Below are positions 12,901-33,858 of a DNA stretch of 64,000 nucleotides, piece by piece. Source of the DNA: Amoebidium appalachense (lineage: Eukaryota > Protista > Ichthyosporea); the NCBI GenBank assembly GCA_963693365.1, contig CAVNZM010000011.1, forward strand, positions 3,329,098-3,393,097, read 5' to 3'. The position numbers and the translations under genes were made by a program. The notes beneath the pieces are model-generated. The model was not told the origin of the DNA. It did not search any database and worked only from the letters and a program-made list of their open reading frames with translations. Every line of letters begins with the position of its first letter. Position 1 is the stretch's first letter.

Positions 12901-14940
12901 CAGCCGTGCAGATATATTTGATTCTATTTGGTAACGCTGTGTTACATAGCACTTAGTTATAGAGGTTTATCAGAGTAGGCATCAAAACCTAATATGCTAT
13001 CCTTCTAGTGTGTGTCACTTTCTACGCGGGAGATTCTCTCGAGACGCAAGAGGAACACAACCGCCTCTTGGCAAAAACTTTGTGACAGAGAAGTTGCGCC
13101 CGTTAGAGTAGGGTAAACATTCCTGACTATGGCTTGGGTCAAAGACGTCATAGTCAACAAAGAGGTAAACCGAGTCTAGTAAGAGAAGATTCTACTAGAA
13201 TCGTTGCATGGCACTTACTGTGTTTATTTATATTATGCTTTGGTGGGGAAAAAATATTATTTTGACTTTCTTTTGTGGAGAAATATAGTGAATTTGTTGT
13301 CTATGACGTCTATGGTCTGATGTCAGTCGCGCCTGATTCGGTGGATAATGCACCCAATCACTGACTAGTTGAGGGCCAATGAACTTGACAAGAACTTGTT
13401 ACAACCCATGACAGTAGTATAATTTGAAAAAAAGCTCTTACCCTTTGGATGTTAGAAGTTTATATAAGTGCTGAATTGTATTCCCTACAGCTGAATACAT
13501 GCATGTGTCCGCCCGTGACAGGCTGCCATTGCCTAGATCATCATTGCGCCATGGTCCCCCTACACTCGCGGCTCAATTTCCGGGCACTGAACCTTGGGCA
13601 AGGCGGCAGCTGGCGCAGCAGCGCCAACCCAAGCCTTTATTTATGTTTTAACCTGTTTAGATTCAACTAATCATTGACTTTCACGCCATACCCGAACCAA
13701 TCATCTCAGATTGGTGACGTACTTTTGCGCCATACCCGATTGGTCAAATCGTTAAATCATTTATTTAGAACAATCAGATTTTAATTTGATGAAGTAGGCA
13801 AACGGTTCAACGGTTGCGGCGATTGGCTGAGCGCATGTTTGCCTGTGTAGTAGTTTAGCCACAAGCAAAAGAGTAACCAAAAAAGCAGTCAAGCAGTGAA
13901 ATTAGAAACCTACTTGCCGCCTAAAAACAAAATAACAAAAAACACAGTAGGTTTACACACATTTTTATTTTTAGAGCATTCATTACATGGCCATGGCGCT
14001 TTCCAAGCTGAGAACCAGACTCATTAATTTTAATCCAATCAGCTTCTATTATTGAGCTTTTTGTAACACTCCTCCAGGACCCCTACAACCAATCAAACAT
14101 TGGCTGATGCATTGGCTGAAACATTTATTAAGTCTTCCATGTGAGTCTGAGGCTCTGAGCATTATCAAGCAAGCAAGCGGCCTCAAGCAGGGCCGGGCGG
14201 TAGCTGATGGCGTAAGCGCACCGTGCAGACGCATTATAAGAAATTTTATTTACGTGTCACGTTTTGCCTTTGCGTGTAAAAATGACCTAATACTACGGTT
14301 TGGTGTGCAAGGTATGTTCCTCAGGCCGGATGTTCCTCGCCGAACCGGTACCGAACGTTTGAACCGATTTATTTCCTCATCTTCCAATCAGCATTTCAAA
14401 GAACAAATAATTTGCCACCCTCCGGACACGTGGCCCCTTTCATTGGCCTTTTTTGCACCATATGAGTCTAGGGAGATTTGTGCAATGGTTTATTTACCGA
14501 GGGCCGGCCCAGGCGATGGTGTGCAAGCACACCTGTGCCGGGTGGAAATGGGCGAGGGGGGAAAGGAAGGAAGGGGTGGAGGGGGGAGGGAAGGGGGGGG
14601 GGGGGGGGGGGGGGGAGGGGGGGGGTAAGACGGGGGCCAGGGGAGGAGGAGGCGGTGTGTGCGTGTGTGTGTTTACATGTGTGTGTGCGTGTGTGTGTAC
14701 GTGTGCCTGTGCGCACGCGTGTGTGCGTGTGGCCGTGTGTTGTGTGTGTGTGTGTTGTGTGTGTGTGTGCGTGCGTGCGTGTGTGTGTGTGTGTGTGTGT
14801 GACATTGTGTGTCTGTGTGCGTGTGTGTGCACGGTGGTGGTGGACCGTACGACTCGGTGGTGATGGTGGTGCACGTGGCTGTGCACAGTGGCCGGTGGTA
14901 CCATGCACGTGGTGGTGGTGGTGGTTGATTTTTTTTTTTT

Positions 14941-14987
<47 letters not shown>

Positions 14988-15261
14988 CCGGGGTGTTTTA
15001 GTGTATGAGGACCCACAGCACATGAAACTCGGTGCATGCGATGGAATTCTTTATTATCATGCGATATTCATCATTCATTGAATGTAACAACAAAATATTT
15101 GGCACTATTTGATCCAAACACCCCCAAAAAATGTGTCCTGTAGCATTCTGACTAACTAGTTTAATCTTGATTGCATGCATTGACGTAGTCAAATTCTGTC
15201 TTTGGGCGTTACCGCGCATGCCAAAAATAACCCTAATTTGTGGGAGCCCCCCCCCCCCCCC

Positions 15262-15298
<37 letters not shown>

Positions 15299-15571
15299 CA
15301 CGGACCCCGTTGGAGCATATATATACTAAATCAACACATGATAGAGAGCAACAAAATTCGGAAGGCAAGCGGAGAACTACCACATGCATCTAACCATATG
15401 GTACGTGGGTACATGATTGGATTGCATACGGAATAAAAGTCATCGCAAGTTGTTGACCAAACATGGTAAATAGGTGCAGGTTTTGATTGGATTTGAGGCA
15501 TACGGTGTATACACAACGTGAAATGGATCAAGCCTAATATGGTTCATACATACACACTTTGATTGGACGCC

Positions 15572-21739
<6,168 letters not shown>

Positions 21740-22528
21740 GCTGCTGGTTGTTGCGCGTCAACGACAGGGAAACCCAAAAAAAAAGGGGGGGGCGAAACGA
21801 CGGAAAGCTCAGAGCAGGGGACCGTTCACCAGGCTCTGCTTTTCAAGTTGGGACTACACTAACTGGCTTAACTGCGTTTGTGAAAGTGAGCAGAGTGAGG
21901 AAGATAAATACTGGCTTAATTTTAAAGCTACAAAACACTCTTATGTTGATAGAATGTGGAGAACAATTTTTTTGGATCCCTTGCTTTCGACGTAGGGCTG
22001 ACAGGTGTGTGATCCTTTGTCAAGAATAATCAGCTAATAAGTGGCGAGCTGCGCGTGTTTTTCTACTGTCTTTTACTCGGTTAGAAAACGTTTCCAAGCA
22101 CCACCGAATAATATATGCGGAGATCACTGCAACCGTTTTGTCATGCAGCCCGGCTCTACAAAGCTTCGTTTTGTGTGGCAGTTTTTTTGGAGCTGAGAAG
22201 CTTCGCCCTTGACACCTGAGGCAGTTCTGTGTGACTTGTTCGATAATATCTACTTCGTTAGTATTGAGAAACCACAGCCGGGAGTTGGAGGTTGGGGAAC
22301 ACAGGCCCTACTACAGGCAGGCGCACAATATTTAAGTATATGCGACTCATTCTCCCTAAATGAATACTTCAAGACGTTGTTGACTCATAGTTCCTAAATA
22401 AATACTCAGTTGGCAAGGCTAAGCCATATAACCTCCAACGGCAGTTCACAAACAAATTTAACTGTCCAAAGTGCATTGCACTGCATATTCATTGTTACAC
22501 GTTCGAGGTTGAGGATAAGTGACCAAAA

Positions 22529-22632
22529 TTTTCCCGCCAAAAATCTCAAATATGGCTATGATGTGGGTGTTTACATTGGATAGAAGAAATGTGGTTGCTG
22601 ATTGGCGCACACATCACCATGACGTCACGTCA
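22529..22632. promoter_or_regulatory. E2F site, CCAAT boxes and CRE cluster between the divergent HIRIP3 and MBF1 genes
   Basis: TTTTCCCGCCAAAA at 22529-22542, ATTGG at 22575 and 22601, TGACGTCA at 22620-22627. Confidence 0.4.
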
Positions 22633-23882
22633 TTTTGCAGCAAGACGGCGGTGAGACACCGTGAGAGATGAGCCTGTGTGTACATAGCCACAGCGTGACC
22701 CCCGTCATGCGTGCGTGGCCATGCCTGTCACGTGTGTGTGTTTGTTTGCGTTTATTTCCACGGTGTGTGCGCGTGCGTGCGTGTAGTTGGTGGCAGAGGA
22801 GCAGACACAGGAGAAGAGAGGAAGGATGGGGCCGCCCGGAGGGAGGGGGGGAGGGGAATTGGGGAGCTCTTAATTGAGAGCCAAGCAAATGCCCCATTAT
22901 ATTGGCTCCGCACGTGCACTGTTCAAGTTCACCTGTAATATACTTATTTCTAAAAAAAAGATTGGCTAGGCGCTATCTAATTTATGGGTGAGCATTTTTG
23001 CTGAACCTCGGAGTTTATGCAGAGAAATGCTGGCTTAGTACTTGCTTCGTACACAGCCTGTGACGTACTTAACTGAACGCAATTCTTCTGGTCAGACATC
23101 GTTGATACTTGATCTTTCTAACGGTCCGAGATTTTGCCTATGGTATATAGTTAATAAACAGCACATTACCCCTATTAGATAGCACTGTAGTACACGTGCA
23201 TCATTCTTCACTTCATGATCAACCCCAACACGTACATAGCACGTGTCGTACGCACATATTTACGCACACTGTATATGCATGAAACGTTAACACGGCCTGC
23301 AACACGGCACTAATGTTAGCTTCGTCCGAATTCGTTGGACCACTTATATACTGGTGCCAGATCTCCACCATAATATCTTGGAGCATCTCAGTCCTAATCT
23401 TCCACTTACGTGAGCATGCATATGTTGCACCTTTTTTGGGGGTTTTTTTTTTTTTTTTTTTTTTTTTTGCCAGGTATTTTGCAGCGTAGCAGTCGGGTCG
23501 AGCTTGCAAGGTGACTGAATCGAACCGCTAAAGGTCAAGCGACCCGTTTCCCGGTTTTTCCGATATGCCAGTGGACGGTGATTGAATCATGTCAAAGGGA
23601 CCATCTGATTGGCATTGTGTGCGTTGTGTCATCTTTCATAACCAACGTTGCACAAACTATGCTCTTTAACGCTCTTTACTGTACTAATATATCATCATAA
23701 TTCAGATATATAGGTCATAATAGTTTTATATTAATTTTTGTAGAACTTTAGTTTATGCAAACGCTATACAGTGATGAACAGAAGCTAATAGGGATCATCG
23801 GCTGGTATTTTGCATACCATTCAGCAAAATACGGCTTTTGATTTGCTCACAATCACGCTATTGCTGTGGGCGTTGCGCTAAT

Positions 23883-23907
23883 CCACGTCACCAAGGATTG
23901 CTATAAA
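23883..23907 (+). promoter_or_regulatory. CRE-like half site and TATA box of MBF1
   Basis: CCACGTCA at 23883 and TATAAA at 23902, about 90 bp upstream of the ATG. Confidence 0.45.
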
Positions 23908-23991
23908 TATCATAAATTGCTTCATCACATGTTTAGTCGTTTATTTGCACCCTTTTTTGTTCGTTGCTCTTTCCTTACCCTACCTTTGAAA

Positions 23992-24353
23992 ATGTCTGGC
24001 CCGGAAGATTGGGATCATGTTACTGTTATTCGCAAGAAGCCCGCCAATTCGGCTGCTGCAAAGTCTCAAACGGCAATTAACGCGGCATTGAGGAGCGGTG
24101 TGGGTGTAGAGACGTCAAAGAAGTGTAAGTAAACGTGTGGAGGCAGTTGTGCTCTGTTGTGGCTGACTGGGTGTGATTCTATGTATGTGGGTTCAGGGAT
24201 GTGGGTCATCATGCACGAGTGAGGTTGCGGAATTCTGAGCACAGGCGTGTGTTTACGTGAGTTTATGCAAGCTTGCGTGCGTGCGTGCGTGCGTGTCTGT
24301 GTGCTTGTTTTGTGTGTGTGCGTGTGCGTGTGTGCACCTTGATAGTGAGTGAC

Positions 24354-24390
<37 letters not shown>

Positions 24391-25955
24391 ATGCGCGTGC
24401 GTGTCTGTGCCTTATTTATATAAGAGCACGGAGCTTGGGCAATGCCCGTTCATAATTCGGCATCGTACTGTGGAACCATCAGCTTGCATGTCCAGTGAGC
24501 CAATATTGTGCCGTCCGGGCTATACTCCTCCCTTTGCTTGACCTTTTTGTGCACCAATAGACTTCTTTGATCAAGTCGTGCATTAATGTGCAGGTGATAG
24601 TTGCTATGTTGCCGTAGATCACACAGTTCGAGTGCATGATAAGCATGTTCAAATTCATGTTTTCTTCTGTTGCTGACCAAGGCTGTACCCTGTAGTCGCT
24701 GCCGGCACCAACAGGCAGGGTGCTGCTGTCAAAGACACAGCCAAGCTGGACCGTGAGACAGAAGAGCTCCACCGTATGTCCCCCCCCTCTCCCCCCCCCC
24801 CAAACACACACACGCACGCACATTTTTCCCACCCCCTACCCTCTTTGACGTTTTTGAGCAACCACACATGCTCCCCCTCCTTTCCCCCCCCCAAGGGGGG
24901 GGGCCAAGGGGCATGCTACTGCGCACATGATAAACAACTTTCGTAAGTCTCTTGCACACCTCCCCCTACATGGATAAAGGTTGCCGATTTTCTTCGCATA
25001 TAGCTCTTTTTCCGAGGTATCCTCTCTGCCTCCTACATACGTACACACCTAGACGCACAGTGGAGAAGAGGCTAAGGAAGCGTTTGGAGTAAATCCTGTT
25101 TTGTATTGACACTCATGGTGGTGCAGATGACCGTGTGCCGTTGAGTGTGGGCAAGGCCATTGCTCAGGGCCGTGCTGCCAAGACCCCAGTCATGTCCCAG
25201 AAGGACCTTGCCACCGTATGCTTCCCCCCTTTCTCCCCCCCCCCCCAAGTTCAGTTGATGCTGCTGTCTCAGTTGGAGCGTCGTATATACGCGGGCTAAG
25301 GGGTCGAAACTCAGACGTAATTGATTACTTGGGTCCTCCCTGAGGATGGGCTCTGCTTATGGCGCATACTGTGCACATGGCTGATCTTGCATACTTCAAT
25401 GTTTGCCTTTGCATGTGTCCTGCACCATGCTTGTCGTCGTGTATGCGTACTTTGTACCGTGTTCCGCATTCAAACCCCCCCCCCCCCCCCCCCCCCCCCC
25501 TGTGTGCCTTGGGCTCTGCGCACCCTAAACCCTCGACCGTCCCAACACACCGTGTGCACATAAGCACACCACACACACACGCACACACACACATGCAGGT
25601 GGACGAGGCGCATTCAGTATAGTTGTTGTTTGTGTGCGCGCGTGCATGTCCTCCCCCTCCCCCCCACACACACACCCCCCACACACACACACAACACACG
25701 GGGGTGCATACCTGCATTCTTGTGGACGAGGTGCATCAATGTGGTTGTGTCTTTGTGTATGTGCGCTCATGCGCACGTGTGTGCATAGGTTAGCCCCTCC
25801 CCCTGCACACACACACACACACGTGGGGAAAGGGGGGGAGAGGGGGGGTGGCATAAAACAAGTGAACAAAAAGCATGACTATTGGTAGGTGTGAGGGTGT
25901 GCAGGTGTGTGTATGTGTGATTTGGCCTCTGCTAAAGTGTTGTCCCTCAACATTG

Positions 25956-25993
<38 letters not shown>

Positions 25994-26073
25994 TCTCCCT
26001 TCATGTGTACTGTGCTTGTAATAATATTTTTGCCAATAAACCGTTTGTGTCCACTTGTACCCTTTCTCTGTGT

Positions 26074-26106
<33 letters not shown>

Positions 26107-26315
26107 ATGCTCTTGCCTTTCTCAAGGTGTGTGCGGGATGTATTTGAGAACTTTTTGCTCGTTGGGTGCCCCCTCCCGTCCTCCCCCCCTCCCCCGCCGC
26201 CCTTACCCCCACCCTCACCCCACCCCTCCCACGTGTGCGCACACATCTAAAGATCATCATCTCCCATATATAGACATGTTTGCAGACATACACGTGAACG
26301 GGATGTTGGCCTTGA

Positions 26316-26351
<36 letters not shown>

Positions 26352-27088
26352 TGTGGGTGACTTTGGCTGTTCTTGAGGATGGGCTTCACTTATATGATAC
26401 ATACTTGCTGTGTGCATGATGTTGCCTGTCCTTGGTGTAATTCGTACACTGCAACAACCCCTTCCACACACACACACTCGCACACACACATGCGCATGAA
26501 GCCGTCTCTTCTTTTCATCCCACGTGCCCCCTAGAATGGCAAGGTACTGCTTGCCGTTCTTTTTTTTTTGGGGGGGGGGGGGGGGGGTTTGACAAGGGGT
26601 AAGCCAGCGTGTTTGAGTGTTGACAGGGTGCACACATGTGGTATCCTGCCTTTGCGGCGTCTGTTGTACGAATACAAAAGATGATTTGTAATGGTGTGTG
26701 TTTGTGTGGTGGTTGTGGTAGTTTTTTTTTTTTTGGGGGGGGGGGGGGGGGGTTTGAGGGGGAGGGAGGGGGGGGGGGGGGGGATGGGATCACGTGTGTC
26801 ACCCTCCCTTTTGGCCACACCGAGCATAAGCCCAACTTGGGTTGCCTGTTCAGTGTTATGTTCTGCATTCGTGTACTTGTACTGATTACCTGACCACCCC
26901 CCCCCCCCTACACACACACACACACACATACACACACACAGGCCATCAACGAAAAGCCCCAGGTGATTAACGAGTATGAGAGCGGCAAGGCCATCCCCAA
27001 CCCCCAGATTTTGGGCAAGATGGAGCGTGTGCTGGGCATAAAACTTCGTGGAAAGGATATTGGCGCCCCCCTTGGGCCCAAGAAGTAA
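23992..27088 (+). CDS. MBF1: Multiprotein bridging factor 1 (MBF1/EDF1), 4 exons
   Basis: Exons 23992-24124, 24696-24773, 25127-25215, 26942-27088 give [11 protein letters not shown]...[28 protein letters not shown]...[45 protein letters not shown]. Confidence 0.97.
25265..25475 (+). mobile_element. Diverged, near full-length copy of the poly(C)-tailed intronic repeat
   Basis: CTCAGTTGGAGCG...GGTCGAAACTC...CCCTGAGGATGGGCTCTGCTTAT...GCATTCAAA then a long C-run; lies in MBF1 intron 3, sense orientation. Confidence 0.7.
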
Positions 27089-27291
27089 GCCTTTAGAACC
27101 CCAGAACGCGAATATACGCTCTTGGTGGTTGGAATAAGGGTGTGTGAACGGATGAATTTGATCGGGTGATGAACTGAAAACATGCATTGTGATAGTTGGG
27201 GGCTCTTGCTCGGGTTGTCTTCCTGTGCTTGTCAAAATTTCAACCTCGGTTTATGGATTTCAACACATGCTCCCAAACATCCCCCGAGTAC

Positions 27292-27337
<46 letters not shown>

Positions 27338-27578
27338 AATGCAACTATACACTATCGAAAACGTGCCGTCATGTTGCTTCAATCTATGAAAGCGTTTGTT
27401 CATTTATTGGCGGTGCACTATAGTAGTTACTGACCAATCACAATCGTTGCTCTTTGACCATATTTCTTAAGGGGGTGCAAATGTAATGCCTGTCGGCTGG
27501 CCCGAGTTTGTCACAGGTTAATTATATCAAGGCTACATTAGTATGGCTTGAAAAGGAAAGTTTGTAAATGCCTCCTCT

Positions 27579-27660
<82 letters not shown>

Positions 27661-27945
27661 TTCCTCCTTCCCCTCCCCCCCCCAGCGCTTGGAGGGGAGG
27701 GAAGGGCCCTCTTCCTCCTCTTTCCTCCCCCCCCCCCAAGTGCTGGTGGGAGGTGCCCCTTTCCTCCCATCCCAGCGCTTCGTATACTCACACAACCACA
27801 CGCAAACGTGCTAGTACACGCACGTTCCACCAACCCCACACACACTATGTCATACACAAGCTCACATTCACAACGTGTTTTGCACTGAATTTCGCTGTTG
27901 GCCACTATTTTTGTTTCGGCTTCGTAGTTTGGCATATCGATCCCT

Positions 27946-28030
<85 letters not shown>

Positions 28031-28986
28031 CGCCGTTGCACTTGTAATCCCCGCTGAGGGTCACAATCATACACTATGTGTATATGTGATCTTAATATCG
28101 CACCGAGTATTTTGTCTGTCACTCCACAGACACACACAGTCATGATCAAAACACATGCAAGAAAACAGCACATCACATCCGGCAGGTGCCACCCCGTCCT
28201 GGGGGGCTCTCTCTGGGAAATACTCACGCAGCGAGAACGCATGGAACCGTACACTCGTGCGCGTTGGTTCAAACCTGCAGCTGTGCGCAGCATGTCACGG
28301 CTGTGTGCCTGCCTCAAGGCCTCCTGGATAAACTATCTAATATTAGGAGGCCTTGGCCTGCCTACGCCTGCAGTTGAGCTGCGGGAGTCGAGCAAGCGGC
28401 TTCGCAAAGTTTGCCGAATGCATTCTATTTCGCGGTATCGATTGGCTGGCCAGCTGCAGTGGCCACTGTGGCCCAGGAAGACTTGAGGAAGTTCGCAGCC
28501 CGCGGGTGAATGCCATATGCCGGTTTCAAAACAGAAAAAGCCTTTGATTTCCTTGCTGAAGCTTGAAGTATTATTGTATCAATGGAACCCCTCTAGTCTC
28601 ATGTATAACGTATGTGTGGGGGATAGCTTCATTCCCTCTGTTTGACGCCTACCTCACGGTGGCGCCATAGACTCGAGTATTATTTCGAACCGGAACATAC
28701 CGTAACCGTTGCAGCCATCATAAGCCATGCCTATTCCTATTGGTTCGGAGAGCAACCAATCGAATACGCTACCCTTCAAACATGCCGCCCTACTTACAAG
28801 TTACAACCTACAACTAACGGCCGACGCCTCCCGCGGAAAACCAACTACGCAAATACGCTGTGAATTTAGAATATTCTAATGCGTTTTTGATGAAATAAAC
28901 ATACAAACGGTTCAGAGTGATTGTGTACTGTTGGTGCGTGTTGCAAAGAGCGCACTTTACTGACGAGGGGGTCTCCGGAAAATCCT

Positions 28987-29061
28987 ATTGGCTATTGGTG
29001 GCAATGAGTGGATACACGTCATCTGATTGGCTCTTTCGATAACCTCAGGTGGGTATATAAA
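28987..29061 (+). promoter_or_regulatory. CCAAT/CRE/TATA promoter of the mosaic secreted protein gene
   Basis: Three ATTGG, CACGTCA, and TATATAAA at 29054; the ATG at 29322 sits in GCCACCATGG. Confidence 0.45.
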
Positions 29062-29321
29062 TCAGTGCAGGGTTCTTCTCATCCACGGTCTCCGCTAGCA
29101 GTATTGTTATGCAAACCGGTACCAGGGGGGTTTTCTAGATTATTATAGTGTAGTTGTTTCTTTTTCGGTTTATAGCTGGTGTGTATGGTGTAATTCCCGG
29201 CCATGTTCTTGCGCATGCAACAAGCCTAAATAATATATTAGGACTTTTTCATTTCAGTTCATTGATCATCATTTTTTTGAGGGCGTGGGCACATCCCAAC
29301 ACCCGCAATTTAAACGCCACC

Positions 29322-32300
29322 ATGGCACCTCCATCACTCCCACTGCCTCTCTTTTCCACCCTCACCCTAGGCCTCCTCCTTTCTACAACATCCACTTTTG
29401 CGCAAACCGCCACCACCCAAGCACCCACCCCTAGTCGTTGCGGAGCCAACATAACGGAAAACATTGACATAGCCACACCATGGCAGACGCGTGGTTTGCT
29501 GGGCAGCTACTATCCCCTTTTGGTTTACAATGGGAAGGTGCCAGCGTCATGGCCACCCGCCTATGATGATTTGCACTTTGATCGCATAGACTCCCTCCCT
29601 CTGATCAACACTACAGGGGTCATACTGAAGAGCTTTGGCCACGTGGCACAGTACGTCGAGGAGTCTGCAAAGTAATTAATCCGCCCCTCTCTCCCCCCCC
29701 CCCCCCCCCCCCCCCCCCCCGCCCCCCTCTCCACATACACACACATACACACGTACACCATCCACCCCTTTTCCTCCCGAGGCTCCCGTCCCAGCTCTCC
29801 ACCACCACTACATTTGCGTTTTGTCTTTTCTCTCACAGCCATCCCTGGTTTCTGTTGAACGCAGATGCGCTTTCTCCGACAAAACAGGTGAGTGCATATA
29901 TATATGTCAGTGTGCAAAAAGCACAAAAACAAATGATTCCATTATTCTGTGTGGAAATTCAAGTCCCAATATATATGCCAACGATCATGTACACGTCCAC
30001 GTGTCCCACTCGCCATACTACTGCCGAGGGTATTGCCCCTCGTCCGCATTTTGGCAACGCCGTAGAAAGCAAAGAGCATAAATATTGGTAATCTGCAGGA
30101 ATTATAAGTTGGTAAATTACTCAGTACGTCAGCGTTAGCTGGAGCTTTAGGGACTGACCTTCTATCCCATGGTTTCCCCATAAAACAACCTACACCCACA
30201 CACAAACACACACTGTAACACACACACGCGCGCGCGCGTGCGCGCGCACACACACACGCACACACACACACACACATACAGGACGGCCAACCCACTCACC
30301 TTTCTAAAGGAGAACTTTGCCGTTGTCTGGACGGGCTCTCTTGTGGTTCCCTGCTCCGGCCTGTACACATTCCGCACCATTAGCGATGACGGTGTACGCG
30401 TGACCGTCAACCAGTCAAAAGTGATTGATAAATTCGATACCCGCGCCAGTCCAACTACCGACACCTCAACTATTCCCCTAAACCTGACCGCAAACTCACT
30501 GGTGCCGATTCGTGTCGACTACATGCAGAGCACAGGGGGGGTCCAAATAGAACTTCAGTGGAAAGCCCCCGGAATGACCACATTTGAAAGAATCCCCACC
30601 CAGTTTTTCGTTCCCGGGGGTGAGCCAAAGGTCATTGCCAGCCCCAATGTAGTGAAGATAAAACCCGATGCAGGCGCTCAGGTGTTCTGTGTGAGGTGGG
30701 TGGTTATTCTCCTACTCCCCGCTCCCCCCCCCCCCCCCCCCCCCCCCCCTCCCCCCTCCCCCCTCCCCTCCCCTCACACAGAGGGGAAAAAAAAAAATCG
30801 AAAAAGAGGGATTAAAAAGAATGAAAGGTGAGGGATAAAAAATAAAAATAAGAGACGAAAAGGAAAGGGTAAAAAGGAATGAAAAGGGAGGGGTAAAAAA
30901 TAAAAATAAGGGAAAGGGGAACTACTGTAAGGTCAATGGAACTAATCTATGCGCGTGTTCTAGCCCGGGGCTTTAAGAAAGGAACACGGAAACGTTGGCA
31001 AGGAAACTGATTAACAAACTGGGCTGAGAAATATAAACTGACACTCCCTGCCTCCACCCCCAGGCTCTCCGAGCCACCCAAAGCAGACGTCATTATCTCC
31101 CTCTCCAACACTTTCACCCGCGACATGATTGTGTTTGAGAAGTGCCAGCTCACCTTCACCCCTGCAAATTGGGAAACCCCCCAGTGTGCGGCCGCCGCAC
31201 TAAACCCAATGGCAATTTCCAATCGCGATCTGGTCGGGATCGTGCCGATTGTGCTGAACGCAACGAGTCTCGAGGCCAGGTGGAACATTGTCGGGGGTCT
31301 GCAAACGGTCAATCCTGGCGATCTGCGTGGAATTTCAAGTGCCCAGTGCGTGATTTCAGGTGACCCGCACTATACGTCATTTGACGGGAAAAGCTTCAGC
31401 TGGCAGGGTGTGGGCACGTTTACGGCGGCGCGGAACACCGACGGGTATTTTGCAGTGCAAACAGTGAATTCTGTGTGCGGGGATGCATCGTGTGTGTCTG
31501 TGGTGTACATATACTACCGCAACGCATCATACGTGGTCTATTTCAGCTCCGGAGAGCAACCTGTTACCGGTAGAATTACCGGAGATGACCCGAATATTCC
31601 GGATCGCGCTGTTCTGACCCGTCCCACGGCCAACACGGTGGTGTATCACTTCCCAGATGCAAAAGTGACCGTCACCGGCTATAGGTGGAATGGAAACTTT
31701 GTCAATGTCTACATCCAGGCCTCAAAGTATGTACCCTGGTGCTCTTGGCATTTTTTTTTTTTTAACTAAAATCTGCTGTCTTGCTTTCTTCTTATTTTTA
31801 CGTACAATTTTTCTTCTCTTTTTTTTGGGTACATTTTTGTTTCACGCACATTTTGTTCGCTGGGTTCTTTATAATTTTCACGCATTTTGTACCCGCTGTG
31901 TTGGTTCCTTTCATGATAACAGTGTGAAAATGCTGCCACCTTCTCCAACTCTCTTTCCCATGTCAATACCAACCTCCCCCCATAACTAACCCCCCTTCCC
32001 ATCCCTTCCCGCCCCCCCGCCCCTCTCCCCACCCACCTCTCTTCCCCCTCCCTCCCCACCCACCCATCCCTACCTTCCCCCACCCACCCATCCCTACCTC
32101 CCCCCACCCACCCACCCACCCCCAGGGTCATGGCCGGGTGTATGATTGGTCTGTGCGGTGACTGGAATGGTCTCCCCGCCAACGACCCAATCGATGGCCG
32201 TCTTGATGCCGTGCCAGCCAATCAGAGCATAGCAACCGGCATGGGCAGAAACATCCCCCGCCTTGCCTGTCCCGGTAGACGTACAGACCCCATAGCCCCC

Positions 32301-32749
32301 CTAAATTTCACCGTCGACACTCAGTGCTCGGGTGGCCCCAAGCCGGAGCCTGTCGGGCCCCCAGTCACTCCGCCTACCCCCCACCCCCGCACCCACACCT
32401 TCCCCCACCCCCGTCCCCAATCCCACCCCCGGCCCCTCACCGGCCCCCACACCCGCTCCTACTATTGGCCCCACGCCCGCCCCCACCCCTGCCCCCACCC
32501 CCGTCCCGAATCCCAACCCAAACCCCACCCCTGCTCCTTCAACCGTCCCTGTTCCAAATTCCACCCCTGCCCCCACGCCTGCCCCCACCCCCTCTCCCCG
32601 CACCCACACCCCCTCCACCCCCCTCTCCCGCTGTGATCGACGGTTGCACCAAACTCTATGCCACCGTCAGCTGCCCCTTCATGACTGCTGAGCAGACGGC
32701 TTTCCATATCAACGTGCGTATTACCATCCTCCCTCGCCCCTTCCCCCCC

Positions 32750-32786
<37 letters not shown>

Positions 32787-32952
32787 CGTGTCCCTCATAA
32801 TATCACGGCGCGTTTTAGATTACTACTACGCTCACCCCGCACCTCTCTTGTTTCACACAAAATTTTACACTTTCTTTCTGGCTTCATTTCCGTATTCTTC
32901 GCACTAAACAACACCCCTACTAACACCCCCCCCTCCCCCCCTGCCCCCAACA

Positions 32953-33016
<64 letters not shown>

Positions 33017-33556
33017 CATGCATTCTTGATGCCACCGTCGTGGGACGTATCCCCAACCCCAACAACAGCCAAGATGCCGTCCTCCTTCTCGCCTACAAGG
33101 CACAGTGCGACTTCAACAGAGAGCAACAATGTTCCAAATGCACACTTCAAGAGGTGTGTGTCAATGGCACGTGTGTGAAGAGGGATAACTCGTGCATGCC
33201 TGGCTGTGCCAATGGGGGTGTGTGCACTAGCGACAACACGTGTGCCTGTGTGAATGGCTGGACCGGTCAGTACTGCACAGTGCCCCCGGCAAGTTATGGT
33301 ATGTGAATGTGACTCCCCCCCTCCCCCTCCCCTCTCCCCCCTTCCCCCCTCTCTCTCCCCCCACCACCACCACCACACACACACACGTTTCTTCCACGTG
33401 CAGACTATTTCACCACAAACAATTATGATATGCGGTCAGGGCACCGGAAGTAAAAATCCAAAAACAAACAAACACAAATACATACATCTGCACGTAATTT
33501 TTCCCGGTAAACCACCACGTGCACGGTTTCAATGGCTTTGTCACTAACCGTACAGC

Positions 33557-33592
<36 letters not shown>

Positions 33593-33823
33593 CCCCCCCC
33601 AACTCACACACACACGCGCACACACACACAGACCCCTGCAAGCCCATCCCCTGCCAGAATGGAGGCCTGTGCACAGCCATCACAGCTACCACCTTCACCT
33701 GCACCTGCCCACCTGGCTTCACCTCAGCCACCTGTGATAAGGGTACGTGCCCAACCCCCCTCCCCTTCCCCCCCCCCTTCCCCCCACCCCCCCCCCCCCT
33801 CTCCCCGCCCCCCCCCTCCTCCC

Positions 33824-33858
<35 letters not shown>

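Noticed and set aside
28076-28550. 136-aa ORF and overlapping short ORFs
   Set aside because: No recognisable motif or splice structure linking them to a gene.
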